Assembly: GCA_963422435.1 (NCBI GenBank)
Contig: OY729511.1
Span: forward strand, 2,826,105 to 2,890,104
DNA length: 64,000 nt
Source: Candidatus Binatia bacterium
GTDB lineage: Bacteria > Desulfobacterota > Binatia > Bin18
Direction of reading: 5' to 3'
The notes under the pieces were generated by a model, which was not told the origin of the DNA, did no database searches, and worked only from the letters and a program-made list of their open reading frames with translations. The position numbers and the translations under genes were made by a program. Of this stretch, positions 1 through 10,512 are shown piece after piece (the first letter of the stretch is position 1; every line of letters begins with the position of its first letter).

Positions 1-104
1 GACCGCAGCCGACATTTGAGGCATTCTAGCTGTCTCGAACACGGGCCGCAAGGAAACGCGCGCGCCTTGCCCGGCGGCGCGGGCTGGCCTATAGTGGGGC
101 CACC

Positions 105-302
105 ATGTTTGGTCTCGGTGTTGGCGAACTCGTTATTATTCTCGTTATCGTCCTCGTCATATTTGGGGCGGGGAAATTGCCGGAAATCGGTGAGGGACTC
201 GGCAAGGGCATCCGCAGCTTTCGCAAAGCCGTGAAAACGCCCGACGAGATAGATGTCACACCCGAGCAGGGATCGGACAAGGGCACTGACGAACCGTCTT
301 AA
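105..302 (+). CDS. tatA: Sec-independent twin-arginine translocase subunit TatA/E
   Basis: 65 aa. N-terminal TM helix then amphipathic helix, [40 protein letters not shown], a classic TatA signature. Confidence 0.9.
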   Translation: MFGLGVGELVIILVIVLVIFGAGKLPEIGEGLGKGIRSFRKAVKTPDEIDVTPEQGSDKGTDEPS

Positions 303-1384
303 GAAGAGCGTCCGAATCGGGCCGCGACAACCCGGCTGCTGAATTCGGCCACCCGGTCGGGCGGATCGGTAAACGCAATCAGAAAATCGACCCCTTCTCC
401 TGACGCGACCCAGAACTGCTTGGGCGGCATGAGCCTCTGTAAGATATGGACCTGCCGGCGGGTGAGACTTTCGAGCACCTCCGGGGCGGTCTCAGTGCCA
501 CAGAAAATGAGCCGTTGTCCTAACACCGTACCACTGTCACTGAGCAGCCTGCCTTCGATTTGAATACGCTGGACGGGGGTATCGGCTTGATTCACCGCCC
601 TGCCTGCAATGGCAAAGACCCGGTTTCCGTCTTTTGTGCGCCAAAAACCCGCCCGCATCCGTGTGAGGGCAATGTGCCGCGCGGACGGGCGTTCCGCGTC
701 GAGTAAGGGGCCGAGTACCGGGAGGTGGGAGAACACTGTCGCGGTCTGCTCTATGTACGAAGATGCGACAAAGGTAAAGCCGGCATAGCCGGCGACGAGC
801 AGGCCGAGGAGCGCGATGGGCAGCCGGGATGAAAAAACTGTCCTGGGCGAGTCTGAAACCGGGCGAGGCGGTTGTTCAAGCCTGCCTCCGTCAGTGGGGT
901 CTGTGTCGGAGAGGGGGGCCGCGGCTGACGGAAGCGTATCCCGGTCTTGCGGCGCGGCTGGGGTGAGCGGAGCTGGTGCAACGTGGCTCGGACTTGCGGA
1001 ATCGGTTGAATCCGCGATTTCTGATGCTCCCTCCGGGGCCGGGTCAGGGGAGAGACTGTCCGACCAGTCTTGCTCTGTGGGCAAATCAGCCGCAGGTGTC
1101 GGAAGCGTGTCGGAAGAGGAGAAGGCGCTGGAAGAGGTAAAGACGGGGTCGTCGGCGGGAGCCTCGGATGCTGGCGCGCCTTGCGGATCTCTGTCTTGCG
1201 CTGGGTCTTGTTCTGGAAGATGATCTATTTGGACAAGAGGCGGGACAGATTGGAAAACATGTCCACAGTCTGGCCGCGAACATTCGAAAAACGTTGTCTC
1301 ATCAACCACCCCTGCCACGTCGGTCCGATAGCGAGTATGGCAGGAAGGGCATTCCACAATCACGCACCACCTCCTGCGAGCCAC
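299..1384 (-). CDS. Zinc-ribbon (MJ0042-type CPxC...C..C) membrane protein with a DUF3426-like C-terminal domain and a long Pro/Ala/Asp/Ser-rich linker
   Basis: N-terminal CPSCHTRY...[10 protein letters not shown] zinc ribbon, about 150 aa low-complexity acidic Pro-rich segment, one TM helix ([19 protein letters not shown]), then a globular C-terminal domain. This layout is typical of MJ0042 zinc-finger/DUF3426 proteins. Confidence 0.6.
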   Translation of the reverse strand: MARRRWCVIVECPSCHTRYRTDVAGVVDETTFFECSRPDCGHVFQSVPPLVQIDHLPEQDPAQDRDPQGAPASEAPADDPVFTSSSAFSSSDTLPTPAADLPTEQDWSDSLSPDPAPEGASEIADSTDSASPSHVAPAPLTPAAPQDRDTLPSAAAPLSDTDPTDGGRLEQPPRPVSDSPRTVFSSRLPIALLGLLVAGYAGFTFVASSYIEQTATVFSHLPVLGPLLDAERPSARHIALTRMRAGFWRTKDGNRVFAIAGRAVNQADTPVQRIQIEGRLLSDSGTVLGQRLIFCGTETAPEVLESLTRRQVHILQRLMPPKQFWVASGEGVDFLIAFTDPPDRVAEFSSRVVAARFGRSS

Positions 1385-1421
1385 TGCGATTGTATGCCCC
1401 AGCGAAGAAAAATCAACTGCG

Positions 1422-2312
1422 TTGACGGCCAGTTGGAGAAGAAACTATAATGGAGGTGTAATCGGGGAGAGGGCAAATATAGAGGAGCGGTCTTTGATCA
1501 TTCGTGCCACACTACGCATGGCCTTCATTATCCTGCATACCGTGTTCTGGGGTGGTCCAGTTTATCTCTTCTCTTTTCTTGATCCGTATGCCGAGCGTGC
1601 GGCCCGCCTCATCCGATTCTGGGCAAAAGGCAATCTGTGGGCGTGCGGTGTGTCTGTCTGTATACAGGGTCTGGATCGTCTGAATTCCCGCTCGGCCTAT
1701 CTTTTTATGTCTAATCATCAGAGTCAGTTTGATATTCTGGCTCTCATAGTCGCCCTCGAAGATTTCCCCTTGCGTTGGGTGGCAAAGTACGAACTGCGCA
1801 AAGTGCCCATCTTGGGCGCGTGTATGCATCGGACCCATCAAATATTAGTCGACCGAGGAAGCCGGACCCAGGCCGTTGCCACCTTGCGTAAAGTCAAAGA
1901 ACTCCTTGGCGCTCAGATCTCCGTCCTGTTTTTCCCTGAAGGAACGCGTGGGGAGAACGGTCGTCTCTTGCCGTTCAAGCCCGGCGGTTTTATGGCTGCG
2001 GTGGAAGCGGGGGTGCCGGTCGTTCCTGTCACGATTAACGGCAGTCGGTCAATCCTTCCTCCTGGAGACTGGAAAGTCCGTTCTGGAGAAATTGAGATTA
2101 TCTTTGGGACACCGATTCCGATTCAGCGAAACGGCACCAGAAAGGCGGCCCGCAGCGCCCTGCTGGCGCAGGTTGAGGCAGCGATTGCCGCTCAGTTAAA
2201 AACCGCCGAGTCCTCACCTGTCGGGCATACGCCACCTCCGCCGCCAGCCGGACAACCGGAACGCCGGGGCGAACCAGACGGCCGTGAGACCGCATATCGG
2301 GTCACACCATGA
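1422..2312 (+). CDS. plsC: 1-acyl-sn-glycerol-3-phosphate acyltransferase (lysophosphatidic acid acyltransferase)
   Basis: HX4D motif (NHQSQFD) and FPEGTR motif. The more likely start is ATG 1518 (MAFIILHT...). Pro-rich C-terminal tail. The stop overlaps the rnj start (ATGA). Confidence 0.85.
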   Translation: MTASWRRNYNGGVIGERANIEERSLIIRATLRMAFIILHTVFWGGPVYLFSFLDPYAERAARLIRFWAKGNLWACGVSVCIQGLDRLNSRSAYLFMSNHQSQFDILALIVALEDFPLRWVAKYELRKVPILGACMHRTHQILVDRGSRTQAVATLRKVKELLGAQISVLFFPEGTRGENGRLLPFKPGGFMAAVEAGVPVVPVTINGSRSILPPGDWKVRSGEIEIIFGTPIPIQRNGTRKAARSALLAQVEAAIAAQLKTAESSPVGHTPPPPPAGQPERRGEPDGRETAYRVTP

Positions 2313-3976
2313 GTGACGGCCACCTGCGTATTGTGCCATTGGGCGGCCTGGGCGAGATTGGGCTTAATCTGATGTTGATTGAGTACTGTCCGGCCAGCTC
2401 TGCGGAAACCGTCGCGATCGCCATAGACTGCGGGCTGATGTTTCCAGAACAAGAGATGTTGGGGATAGATATCGTCATCCCTGATCTGAGCTATCTGCGC
2501 GAGCAGCACCATCTGCACGCGGTGGTGTTGACACACGGACACGAGGATCATATTGGCGCTCTGCCGCATCTGCTCAAAGAATTTCAGGTGCCGGTCTATG
2601 GAACGCCGTTCACCCTCGGCCTAGTGCGTGACAAACTGCGGGAACATCACCTTGCCGATGAGGTTCAACTGCACGAATTCCGGCCTCGGGAATCCTGGGA
2701 GATCGGTCCTTTTCGTCTTGAAGGGATTCATGTCACGCACAGTATTGTCGATGCCTCGGCGCTGGCCATTAGCACCCCGCTCGGGACCATCATTCACACC
2801 GGAGATTTCCGGTTCGACCAGACGCCGATAGATGGGCAGCGGTCCGACCTGAGCCGTTTTGCCGAATGGGGAGAGCAAGGTGTGCTGCTCTTGATGTCCG
2901 ACTCGACGAATGTCGAGCGCGCCGGCGCTACCCCGTCCGAACGCACGATCACCCGACCGCTTGAGGATATTATTGCCCACGCCCAGGGCAAAGTCCTGGT
3001 GGCAACCTTTGCCTCGCATATTCACCGCATCCGCCAAGTCGTTGACCTGTCGGTCAAACAGGGACGCCAGGTCGGCGTCGTGGGCAGACGGCTGGTGAGC
3101 AATATTGACATTGCTGAGGAGACCGGGCACTTGCCGCTGCCCCAGGAGGCGCTGATCGATATTGCGCGCGTGCCGGATCTCGCTCCGCACACCGTGACCT
3201 TGCTCACCACCGGATCACAAGGCGAGCCCCTGTCGGCCTTATCCCAGATTGCGGTCGGAGAGCACAAGCGGATACAGCTAGAGGCTGGGGATACCGTTAT
3301 CCTCTCGTCACGGGTTATTCCCGGCAACGAGCGCACCATTGCGCGGCTAATTGATCATCTCTCTCGACGGGGAGCCGAGGTGTATTATGAGGCCATTGCC
3401 TGTGTACATGTGTCCGGTCATGCGGCCCAGGACGAATTACGCTTGATGCTCAGCCTGGTGCGCCCGCAGTACTTTGTTCCCATACACGGGGAGTATCGTT
3501 TCCTGGCGCGGCACTGTGGGTTGGCCCGAGAGGTTGGAGTGGAGCCCGATAATGTCTTTCTGCTCGAAGATGGACAGGTCTTGGAGATACAGGCCGGGGA
3601 CGCTCATCTGACCGGGTCGGTTCCTGCCGGCCGGGTTTTTGTTGATGGGCTGGCCGGGATCGAAGAGGAAGTCTTGCGTGACCGCCGACACGTGGCCGAG
3701 GACGGCTTGGTTGTCGCTATCATCGGGCTGGAGCAACAGACCGGCGAACTCTTGAGCGGACCGGATCTGCTCTCGCGTGGCTTTCTGCTGTCAACAAACG
3801 GAGACGGATATGCTGCCGCCAAAGAAGCGGTCCGCGCCATGCTGGCTGAGCTGCCGGCCGAGTCTCGAACTGATAGTGGCGTCGTAAAGGAACAGGTTCG
3901 GCTGGCCTTGCGGCGTTATTTTCGTAAGACACTGGGGCGTCGGCCTGTCGTCTTGCCGTTTGTCATGGAGATGTAG
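2309..3976 (+). CDS. rnj: Ribonuclease J (metallo-beta-lactamase/beta-CASP RNase)
   Basis: 555 aa. HGHEDHIGALP metallo-beta-lactamase motif and a beta-CASP region; the length matches RNase J. Confidence 0.85.
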   Translation: MSDGHLRIVPLGGLGEIGLNLMLIEYCPASSAETVAIAIDCGLMFPEQEMLGIDIVIPDLSYLREQHHLHAVVLTHGHEDHIGALPHLLKEFQVPVYGTPFTLGLVRDKLREHHLADEVQLHEFRPRESWEIGPFRLEGIHVTHSIVDASALAISTPLGTIIHTGDFRFDQTPIDGQRSDLSRFAEWGEQGVLLLMSDSTNVERAGATPSERTITRPLEDIIAHAQGKVLVATFASHIHRIRQVVDLSVKQGRQVGVVGRRLVSNIDIAEETGHLPLPQEALIDIARVPDLAPHTVTLLTTGSQGEPLSALSQIAVGEHKRIQLEAGDTVILSSRVIPGNERTIARLIDHLSRRGAEVYYEAIACVHVSGHAAQDELRLMLSLVRPQYFVPIHGEYRFLARHCGLAREVGVEPDNVFLLEDGQVLEIQAGDAHLTGSVPAGRVFVDGLAGIEEEVLRDRRHVAEDGLVVAIIGLEQQTGELLSGPDLLSRGFLLSTNGDGYAAAKEAVRAMLAELPAESRTDSGVVKEQVRLALRRYFRKTLGRRPVVLPFVMEM

Positions 3977-3992
3977 AGGTGGGGAGGGTGGA

Positions 3993-6485
3993 ATGGCAGT
4001 CAGGAAAAACTTACGCCGGCAAGACAAAATCGCCGAGCAGGAGCGCGTCACTGTTCAAGAACACGCCGTTTCTCAAGAACGTTCCATCTTGGGCGAGGGA
4101 ATCGGCGTTCTGTGTGTGACGCTCACTATTTTTTTAGGGCTCGCCTTTTTTTCGTATCACCCTGGCGCCGCGGACAGTAATCAGGTCGGCCGGGCCGGTC
4201 ATGTGGTTGCCCATGTTTTGTGCCGGGCATTCGGCCTGACGGTGTATCTGTTCCCAGCTATCTTGCTGTACGCTATGGCACTCCGATTTCACTGGCTGCG
4301 GTGCACCGCCCCATTCATCCAGGGCATTTCGTTTGTTGTCTTTACCCTGGCAGCCTCCGCCTTTCTGGCTCTCTGGTTCGATGGCCGGCCGATTTTCCAG
4401 GCCGGAGGCTGGGTCGGAAGCTTCCTGGCTCTCCATCTGCGCCAAGCCGGGAATCTTGTCGGTGCCTACTTGCTTTTGTCTCCCGTTTTGCTGGTCTCGT
4501 TTATGGGTATAACTCAACTCTCATTGGCGAAAGTGGGGGGTCGGCTAGTGGCGGGCGGCCGCGAGATCGGACGGTTCGGCTGGGCTCGACTGCGGACGCT
4601 CTCAGGTCAGGTCGTGGCTCAGGTCTCAGGCTGGCTGGAACAGGGAGCGCTGGGCTGGCCTGCCCGGCGGACGGAGCGACAGACATCCCCGTCCGAACCG
4701 TTATTCTGTGGTGGAGAAGAGGCCGAAGTCTATACGCGCAAAAAAGAGGCGCGGCCGGCCCGTCCGCTGCCAAAGAAGAAAACGCGTCAGCCAGCACCAC
4801 AATCTGAAACTGTACCGCCAGACGCTCTCGATGAGCCGGAAGAGAGTAAGCCGCCCATTATTATCAGTCGCCCGCCCGCAGCGACGGACGAGGACGAGTC
4901 GGCTCCGTCGGCGTCGCCGCCAAGCCCGACCGGCGGCGCGGACAACAGACCGTATGCCGTACCCAGCCTGGCCCTGCTCGATCCGCCCGTCCGTTTAGCG
5001 GTCAAGGTCGATGAAGACGCGCTGCACGCCAGCTCTCAGATATTGGAAAGTAAGCTGAGCGATTTTGGTGTTTCCGGCAGCGTGGTTGCCGTCCGGCCCG
5101 GCCCGGTCATTACGACCTATGAGTTTGAACCGGCGCCGGGTGTCAAGGTCAATCGCGTCGTGTCATTAGCCGATGATTTGCAAATGGCCTTACGCGCCGT
5201 GTCCGTCCGCATCCTCGCCCCCATTCCGGGCAAAGCCGTCGTAGGGATCGAGGTCTCTAATGCCAAGCGTGAGAAGGTGTGTCTCCGCGAGATTCTGGAC
5301 AGTGTCGCCTGCCACCAGACCGAGTCGCCTCTGGCGCTGGCCTTAGGCAAGGATACGGTTGGCAGCCCTGTGGTGACGGATCTGGCGCGGATGCCCCACC
5401 TGCTGGTGGCAGGGGCAACCGGGACCGGGAAGTCAGTCTCGCTCAATGTGATGATTATGAGCATTCTGGCCCGGACGACGCCCCGCGACGTTCGCTTTAT
5501 TATGATTGATCCGAAAATGCTGGAACTCTCCTTATACGAGGGTCTGCCGCACCAACTGTCGCATGTCATTACCAATCCCAAGGAGGCCGGCGTGGCCCTC
5601 CATGAAGTCGTGCGGCGCATGGAATACCGCTATAAGCTGCTCAAGGATAAAGGCGTCCGAAATATTGCGGCCTATAACCGCGCCCTCGAAACCGGGGAAA
5701 CGGCCACCGACGGGATTATCAAGCTGACAGAGGTCGTCCACGATGACGAAGACGAGCGGACTGCCGGGCAACCGCAACCACAGTCCAAGGCCCAGCTTGA
5801 ACTCAACCATCAACGCTTACCCTATCTGATTGTCCTGGTGGATGAACTCGCCGATCTGATGCTGACGGTCGGTCGGGAAATCGAGGAGCCGATTACCCGG
5901 CTGGCCCAGATGGGGCGCGCGGCCGGTATTCATCTGATTCTGGCAACCCAGCGCCCATCTGTTGATGTGATTACGGGATTGATTAAAGCCAACTTTCCAG
6001 CTCGTATTTCCTTTCAAGTCTCCTCTCGTATCGACTCCCGGACGATCTTGGATGCCGTTGGTGCCGAGCGTCTATTGGGTGATGGCGATATGCTGTTCCT
6101 CCCGCCGGGCAGCGCCAAACCCCAGCGTATCCATGGTGCCTTTGTCTCGGAACCCGAGATCAGGAAGTTTGCCGTGGCGATTAAGAAGCAGGGCAAGCCG
6201 GTTTTCGATGAAGAACTGGTCGCTGCGCTCGAATCGGTCCGAACGCAGAAGGGGTCCAGTCCGCACGAGGAAGAGGATTATGACGAAATGTATGAGCAGG
6301 CGCGCGACCTGGTGCTGGAGAGTCGCCAGGCTTCCATCTCCTGGCTGCAACGTCGCTTGCGCGTCGGCTATAACCGGGCGGCGCGCATGATTGAACGGAT
6401 GGAGCGCGAGGGGCTTATCGCGCCTGCCGGCGAAGCCGGGAAACCGCGCGAGGTTCTGGTGCCGGCCCAGGCCGAGGCCGAGTAG
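3993..6485 (+). CDS. ftsK: DNA translocase FtsK/SpoIIIE
   Basis: N-terminal TM helices, Pro-rich linker, Walker A GATGTGKS, LIVLVDELADLM, and a C-terminal gamma wHTH domain (SISWLQRRLRVGYNRAARMIERME). The ORF track begins at 3960; ATG 3993 carries a GGGGAGGG Shine-Dalgarno sequence. Confidence 0.9.
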   Translation: MAVRKNLRRQDKIAEQERVTVQEHAVSQERSILGEGIGVLCVTLTIFLGLAFFSYHPGAADSNQVGRAGHVVAHVLCRAFGLTVYLFPAILLYAMALRFHWLRCTAPFIQGISFVVFTLAASAFLALWFDGRPIFQAGGWVGSFLALHLRQAGNLVGAYLLLSPVLLVSFMGITQLSLAKVGGRLVAGGREIGRFGWARLRTLSGQVVAQVSGWLEQGALGWPARRTERQTSPSEPLFCGGEEAEVYTRKKEARPARPLPKKKTRQPAPQSETVPPDALDEPEESKPPIIISRPPAATDEDESAPSASPPSPTGGADNRPYAVPSLALLDPPVRLAVKVDEDALHASSQILESKLSDFGVSGSVVAVRPGPVITTYEFEPAPGVKVNRVVSLADDLQMALRAVSVRILAPIPGKAVVGIEVSNAKREKVCLREILDSVACHQTESPLALALGKDTVGSPVVTDLARMPHLLVAGATGTGKSVSLNVMIMSILARTTPRDVRFIMIDPKMLELSLYEGLPHQLSHVITNPKEAGVALHEVVRRMEYRYKLLKDKGVRNIAAYNRALETGETATDGIIKLTEVVHDDEDERTAGQPQPQSKAQLELNHQRLPYLIVLVDELADLMLTVGREIEEPITRLAQMGRAAGIHLILATQRPSVDVITGLIKANFPARISFQVSSRIDSRTILDAVGAERLLGDGDMLFLPPGSAKPQRIHGAFVSEPEIRKFAVAIKKQGKPVFDEELVAALESVRTQKGSSPHEEEDYDEMYEQARDLVLESRQASISWLQRRLRVGYNRAARMIERMEREGLIAPAGEAGKPREVLVPAQAEAE

Positions 6486-6549
6486 GCCGGGAGAGTTGTC
6501 CTGACTAGTATTCTTTCCGCCAGCCAGTACCGCGCTCTATTCTCATACT

Positions 6550-7275
6550 GTGCGAAGACCATCTATGCACTCTTTTAGGACCGGCCTGCTATGCTTCCTG
6601 CTCGTCTGGCCTGAATGCCCTCTTCTTGCCGCTCCTCCGGCCGAGGAATCTCAGGGACAAGCTGCCGGCAAGAGCGCGCCGAGCGGAACAACCAGGTCTG
6701 AAACAATGGTCGCCCGTCTCCAGGCGCGTTACGACGAAACCGATGGTTTCCGGGCCGACTTTGTCCAGGAGGTCACCTCGGCCACGCTGGGACAGACCCT
6801 CACATCTCGCGGACAGGTGTTCTTCAAGAAACCGGGCCGTATGCGTTGGGAATTTGCAGAACCGCGGCAGCTCGTGGTCGCCGATGGCAGCGCCCTCTGG
6901 CTGTATCAGCCTTCGGAGCGGCAAGTGGTGAAGACGCCTTTTCAATACGCCTTCAACTCGCAGACGCCGATCTCGTTTCTCACCGGGGTCGGGCGCCTGG
7001 AAGAAGATTTCTCCGTCCTGCCTCAAGGGGAAACCCGTAGCGCGTATCAGCTCCGCCTCAGACCCAAACAGGCGGCTGAGGCCATCGGCCTGTTGGATAT
7101 CGAAGTCAGTAAAGAGACGTTCGATATCCTCCAAGCGCTGATTACTGATCCGCTGGGCAATACCACGCGGGTATCCTTTACAAATATCGACCGTAAAACG
7201 ACGCTGGGGGACGATCTGTTCAGGTTCGAGTTGCCGCCTGGGATTGATCTGGTTGAACCCCTGCCTGGTTCGTAA
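6550..7275 (+). CDS. lolA: Outer-membrane lipoprotein carrier protein LolA
   Basis: Signal peptide followed by a LolA-like fold signature (LQARYDETDGFRADFVQE...GQVFFKKPGRMRWEF). Alternative start at 6565. Confidence 0.75.
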   Translation: MRRPSMHSFRTGLLCFLLVWPECPLLAAPPAEESQGQAAGKSAPSGTTRSETMVARLQARYDETDGFRADFVQEVTSATLGQTLTSRGQVFFKKPGRMRWEFAEPRQLVVADGSALWLYQPSERQVVKTPFQYAFNSQTPISFLTGVGRLEEDFSVLPQGETRSAYQLRLRPKQAAEAIGLLDIEVSKETFDILQALITDPLGNTTRVSFTNIDRKTTLGDDLFRFELPPGIDLVEPLPGS

Positions 7276-7376
7276 GCGCGGCGTACCGGCCCAGTAATTT
7301 GCCTGGTGCCTTGTGCGCGGGGCGAGATAATGCCAGGAAAGAGAACGACGAAAATATACGCATACGGAGGAGAGCT

Positions 7377-8546
7377 ATGGAATCGCTCCGGGGAAAAGTC
7401 GCCATTGTGGGGGCAGCCGACACCGAGGTTGGCGTGGTGCCCCATTTGAGTGCCACCCAACTCTACGTCAAGGCGGCCAAGTCTGCGCTGGAAGACGCGG
7501 GCATCACCAAGGATGAAGTCGACGGGTTGATTACCTGCAATTCGTTTGTCGAGCCCTATATGTATCACGCGGAGATGATCGCCGAGTATATGCAGATCTT
7601 CCCGCGCTACTGTCTCAACGTTGCCACGGGCGGCGGGACGACCTTGGCAATTCTGCACCACGCCGCCGCGGCTATTGCCAGTGGTATGTGCCACACTGTG
7701 CTCATCACTATGGCGGACAATATGCTGTCCGGCCTCTCCCGGGATCGGGCGATTGAAGCCATGTCAACGGCCGGACACGCCCAGTTTGAACGACCCTACG
7801 GCCCCCCCATCCCGGCGTTTTATGCGCTGATTGCCCAGGCGCATATGCACGCCTATGGGACTACCAGCGAGCAATTGGCCGCGGTGGCGGTGGCCTGTCG
7901 GAGGCACGCCTCAATGAATCCGGCCGCGCAGATGCGCGACCCGATTACGGCTGACGATGTTATGAACTCAAAGATGATTGCCTCACCCTTGCACCTGCTG
8001 GACTGCTCGCTGGTGTCCGACGGTGGAGCCGCCCTTATTCTCACCTCAGCCGAACGCGCCAGAGATTTTCCCCATTCTCCCGTCTATATGCTGGGGGTCG
8101 GGGAGGGGCATTCGCACGAACACATCAGTCAAGCCCGCAGCCTCACCACATCGGCGGCAAAGGAGGCCGGCGAACGCGCCTATGCCATGGCCGGGCTAGG
8201 GCCCAAAGATGTTGACGTGGCTGAGCTGTACGACTGCTTTACCCCGGTGGTGGTCATTGAGTTAGAAGACCTGGGTTTTTGTCCCAAAGGGGAGGGGGGG
8301 CGTTTTGTTGAAGGGGGCCGGATTGAGTTAGAGGGTGAGCTCCCGGTGAATACGCATGGCGGGCTGATGTCGCACTGTCACCCTGGGCATCCCGGCTCGA
8401 TGTTTTCGGTAACGGAAGCGGTCTTCCAACTGCGCGGCACCTGCGGACCGCGTCAGGTCAAAGACGCCAACATCGCCTTTGTCCACGCGCAGGGGGGGAT
8501 CATGTCCACGCACTGTTCCATGATTCTGGGGAAGGAGGTTGGATGA
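7377..8546 (+). CDS. Thiolase-like protein (SCP-x/DUF35-partner type acetyl-CoA acetyltransferase family)
   Basis: Thiolase fold motifs (N-terminal KVAIVGAADT, C-terminal VNTHGG...GHPGS). Start placed at ATG 7377 with a GGAG Shine-Dalgarno sequence; the ORF track starts at 7299. Stop overlaps the next gene (ATGA). Confidence 0.7.
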   Translation: MESLRGKVAIVGAADTEVGVVPHLSATQLYVKAAKSALEDAGITKDEVDGLITCNSFVEPYMYHAEMIAEYMQIFPRYCLNVATGGGTTLAILHHAAAAIASGMCHTVLITMADNMLSGLSRDRAIEAMSTAGHAQFERPYGPPIPAFYALIAQAHMHAYGTTSEQLAAVAVACRRHASMNPAAQMRDPITADDVMNSKMIASPLHLLDCSLVSDGGAALILTSAERARDFPHSPVYMLGVGEGHSHEHISQARSLTTSAAKEAGERAYAMAGLGPKDVDVAELYDCFTPVVVIELEDLGFCPKGEGGRFVEGGRIELEGELPVNTHGGLMSHCHPGHPGSMFSVTEAVFQLRGTCGPRQVKDANIAFVHAQGGIMSTHCSMILGKEVG

Positions 8547-8968
8547 TGACAACGCCACTGGAAAAGGCCCTGCCCGTTCCGACCGGTGAAACGCAACCGT
8601 TCTGGGAGGGTTGTCGGAATCATGAGTTGCGCATCCAGCAGTGTCGCGCCTGTGGCCACTACCAGTTCTACCCGCGTCTCTACTGTACCGCCTGTATGAG
8701 CGGGCACGTCGAGTGGGTGAGGGCGTCCGGCCTCGGAACGGTCTTATCCTTTACCGTTGTCTATCGCCCGGTGACCAAAGCGTTTGCCGAGGAGGTGCCC
8801 TATGTCGTGGCGCTTGTCACCTTGGAGGAAGGTCCACAATTGATGAGTAATATTATCGAGTGTGACCCCGAACAGGTGACGATTGGCATGCCGGTTGAGA
8901 GTGTTTTTGAGGACTGGTCCGAGGACATCGCGGTGTTGAAGTTCCGACCGGTCCTGGCATCAGGGTAG
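8543..8968 (+). CDS. DUF35 Zn-ribbon/OB-fold protein (thiolase partner)
   Basis: CRACGHYQFYPRLYCTACMS rubredoxin-like zinc ribbon followed by an OB fold. Translationally coupled to the upstream thiolase-like gene. Confidence 0.7.
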   Translation: MMTTPLEKALPVPTGETQPFWEGCRNHELRIQQCRACGHYQFYPRLYCTACMSGHVEWVRASGLGTVLSFTVVYRPVTKAFAEEVPYVVALVTLEEGPQLMSNIIECDPEQVTIGMPVESVFEDWSEDIAVLKFRPVLASG

Positions 8969-8984
8969 AGTCGGCACCGGTGCC

Positions 8985-9566
8985 TCACGAGGGCATTTCT
9001 AGCATGTCTTCCGACACCGGCCGAAAACCTTCCAGTTCGGACAGGCGGCCCTGTCGTAAGACGTGCACCACCCACTGATGCCCTTCTTGGGCCTCCTGGT
9101 GTTCCCGCCATTGCAGCCCGTATACGGCCTGTGCCCCCTCGGCAACTTCCTGGTCCGTTGCGTAAACAGCATATACGGCCGTTCCAAACTGCATGCCTCC
9201 CTGCCGCTTCGCCTGGCGAACGAGATAGGGTGGGTAGGGCTGCGTTGACACCACATAATGATGATCGTCGTGGGTGACCTGCTCTTCCCACCCGGCCGGC
9301 CGCCACATGGGACTAAAACCGTAATACCAGCCCAAAAGGCCGCTGACGAACAGAAGCACGAGGCTGCCGAGAACCATGGCTGCCCCAAACGGGGAATGAT
9401 ACAGCCAGGCGAGGCCACCGAAAAATAAGCCGGCGAGTCCGGTGACCACACCGGTATGAGCAAGAATGGTAACGAGTCGCACCCGGAATGTCCTTTCCCC
9501 ACGGGAAGCATGTATCTGCGAGGTTTGGGTGTAGCGTGTTTTTTTGCCCCCGGCCACTCCCCTCAT
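8985..9566 (-). CDS. Hypothetical membrane protein (two predicted TM helices plus a soluble C-terminal domain)
   Basis: ORF with hydrophobic segments (LAGLFFGGLAWL, MVLGSLVLLFVSGLLGWYYGF). No recognisable family; the start is uncertain. Confidence 0.35.
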   Translation of the reverse strand: MRGVAGGKKTRYTQTSQIHASRGERTFRVRLVTILAHTGVVTGLAGLFFGGLAWLYHSPFGAAMVLGSLVLLFVSGLLGWYYGFSPMWRPAGWEEQVTHDDHHYVVSTQPYPPYLVRQAKRQGGMQFGTAVYAVYATDQEVAEGAQAVYGLQWREHQEAQEGHQWVVHVLRQGRLSELEGFRPVSEDMLEMPS

Positions 9567-9718
9567 GGCATCCGGCTGTAATGAGAAAAGCTGAAAGTCT
9601 AATTATTGCGGGACCTTACTGTATCAGAGCGGATACGCTAACAGGGCGCTCGTGCGTTTACTCGCCTCCGGAAATATGTTACCCTTACCCACAAGTCTGA
9701 CGCCGGGAGGAGACGGTC

Positions 9719-10471
9719 ATGTCCGGCCATTCCAAATGGAGCACAATTAAACATAAGAAGGCAGTCAAGGATGCCCGTCGGGGCAAGATGTTCACAAAAT
9801 TGATTAAAGACCTGTCTATTGCGGCTCGGATGGGCGGGAGCGACCCAGCCGCAAACCCACGCCTGCGCACGGCTATAGCCGTGGCAAAGGCGGCCAGTAT
9901 GCCGGGCGATACCATAGACCGGGCGGTGAAAAAAGGCGCCGGAGAGCTTGAGGGCGTCAGCTATGAAGAGGTGACCTACGAGGGGCATGCGCCAGGTGGG
10001 GCGGCCATTATGCTCCAAACGCTGACGGACAATAAAAATCGAACGGTTTCTGAAGTGCGCCATCTGTTCACCAAAAACGGGGGGAGCCTGGGCCAGCCTA
10101 ACTCCGTTGCCTGGATGTTCACCCACAAGGGCATTATCACCATAGAAAAGGATCAGGCTGAGGAAGATCAACTCATGGAAATCGCCCTTGACGCCGGGGC
10201 GGAAGATATCACAACGGGCGATGATCTGTTTGAGATTGTGACGGCTCCCGACGAGCTCGAAGACGTGCGACAGGCGCTCGAAAACGCTCATATCGGAACG
10301 GCGTCGGTTGAAGCGACGATGGTGCCCCAAAACACGGTCAGTCTCGCCGGCAAGGAAGCCGAACAAACCTTACGGCTGCTCGACGCCCTCCAGGATCTCG
10401 CCGATGTCCAAACCGTTTCCGCCAATGTGGAAATTGCTGAAGAGGAGATGGAACGGCTCAGTGCAGCCTAA
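9719..10471 (+). CDS. yebC: YebC/PmpR family DNA-binding transcriptional regulator
   Basis: MSGHSKWSTIKHKKAVKDARRGKMFTKL is a near-invariant YebC N-terminus. It sits in the conserved position upstream of ruvCAB. Confidence 0.9.
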   Translation: MSGHSKWSTIKHKKAVKDARRGKMFTKLIKDLSIAARMGGSDPAANPRLRTAIAVAKAASMPGDTIDRAVKKGAGELEGVSYEEVTYEGHAPGGAAIMLQTLTDNKNRTVSEVRHLFTKNGGSLGQPNSVAWMFTHKGIITIEKDQAEEDQLMEIALDAGAEDITTGDDLFEIVTAPDELEDVRQALENAHIGTASVEATMVPQNTVSLAGKEAEQTLRLLDALQDLADVQTVSANVEIAEEEMERLSAA

Positions 10472-10512
10472 GGAAGGGGAAGATCATCGACTCTCGCAAC
10501 GCTGCCCCTCCA

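Noticed and set aside
816-1450. Several + strand ORFs (816..1223, 1070..1450, 1168..1425) inside the zinc-ribbon/DUF3426 gene
   Set aside because: Low-complexity Gly/Ser/Ala translations opposite a Pro/Asp-rich coding frame; a typical GC-rich antisense artefact.
5117-6350. Antisense ORFs within ftsK (5117..5620, 5532..5813, 6072..6350)
   Set aside because: They fall inside conserved FtsK motor-domain coding sequence and have no recognisable features.
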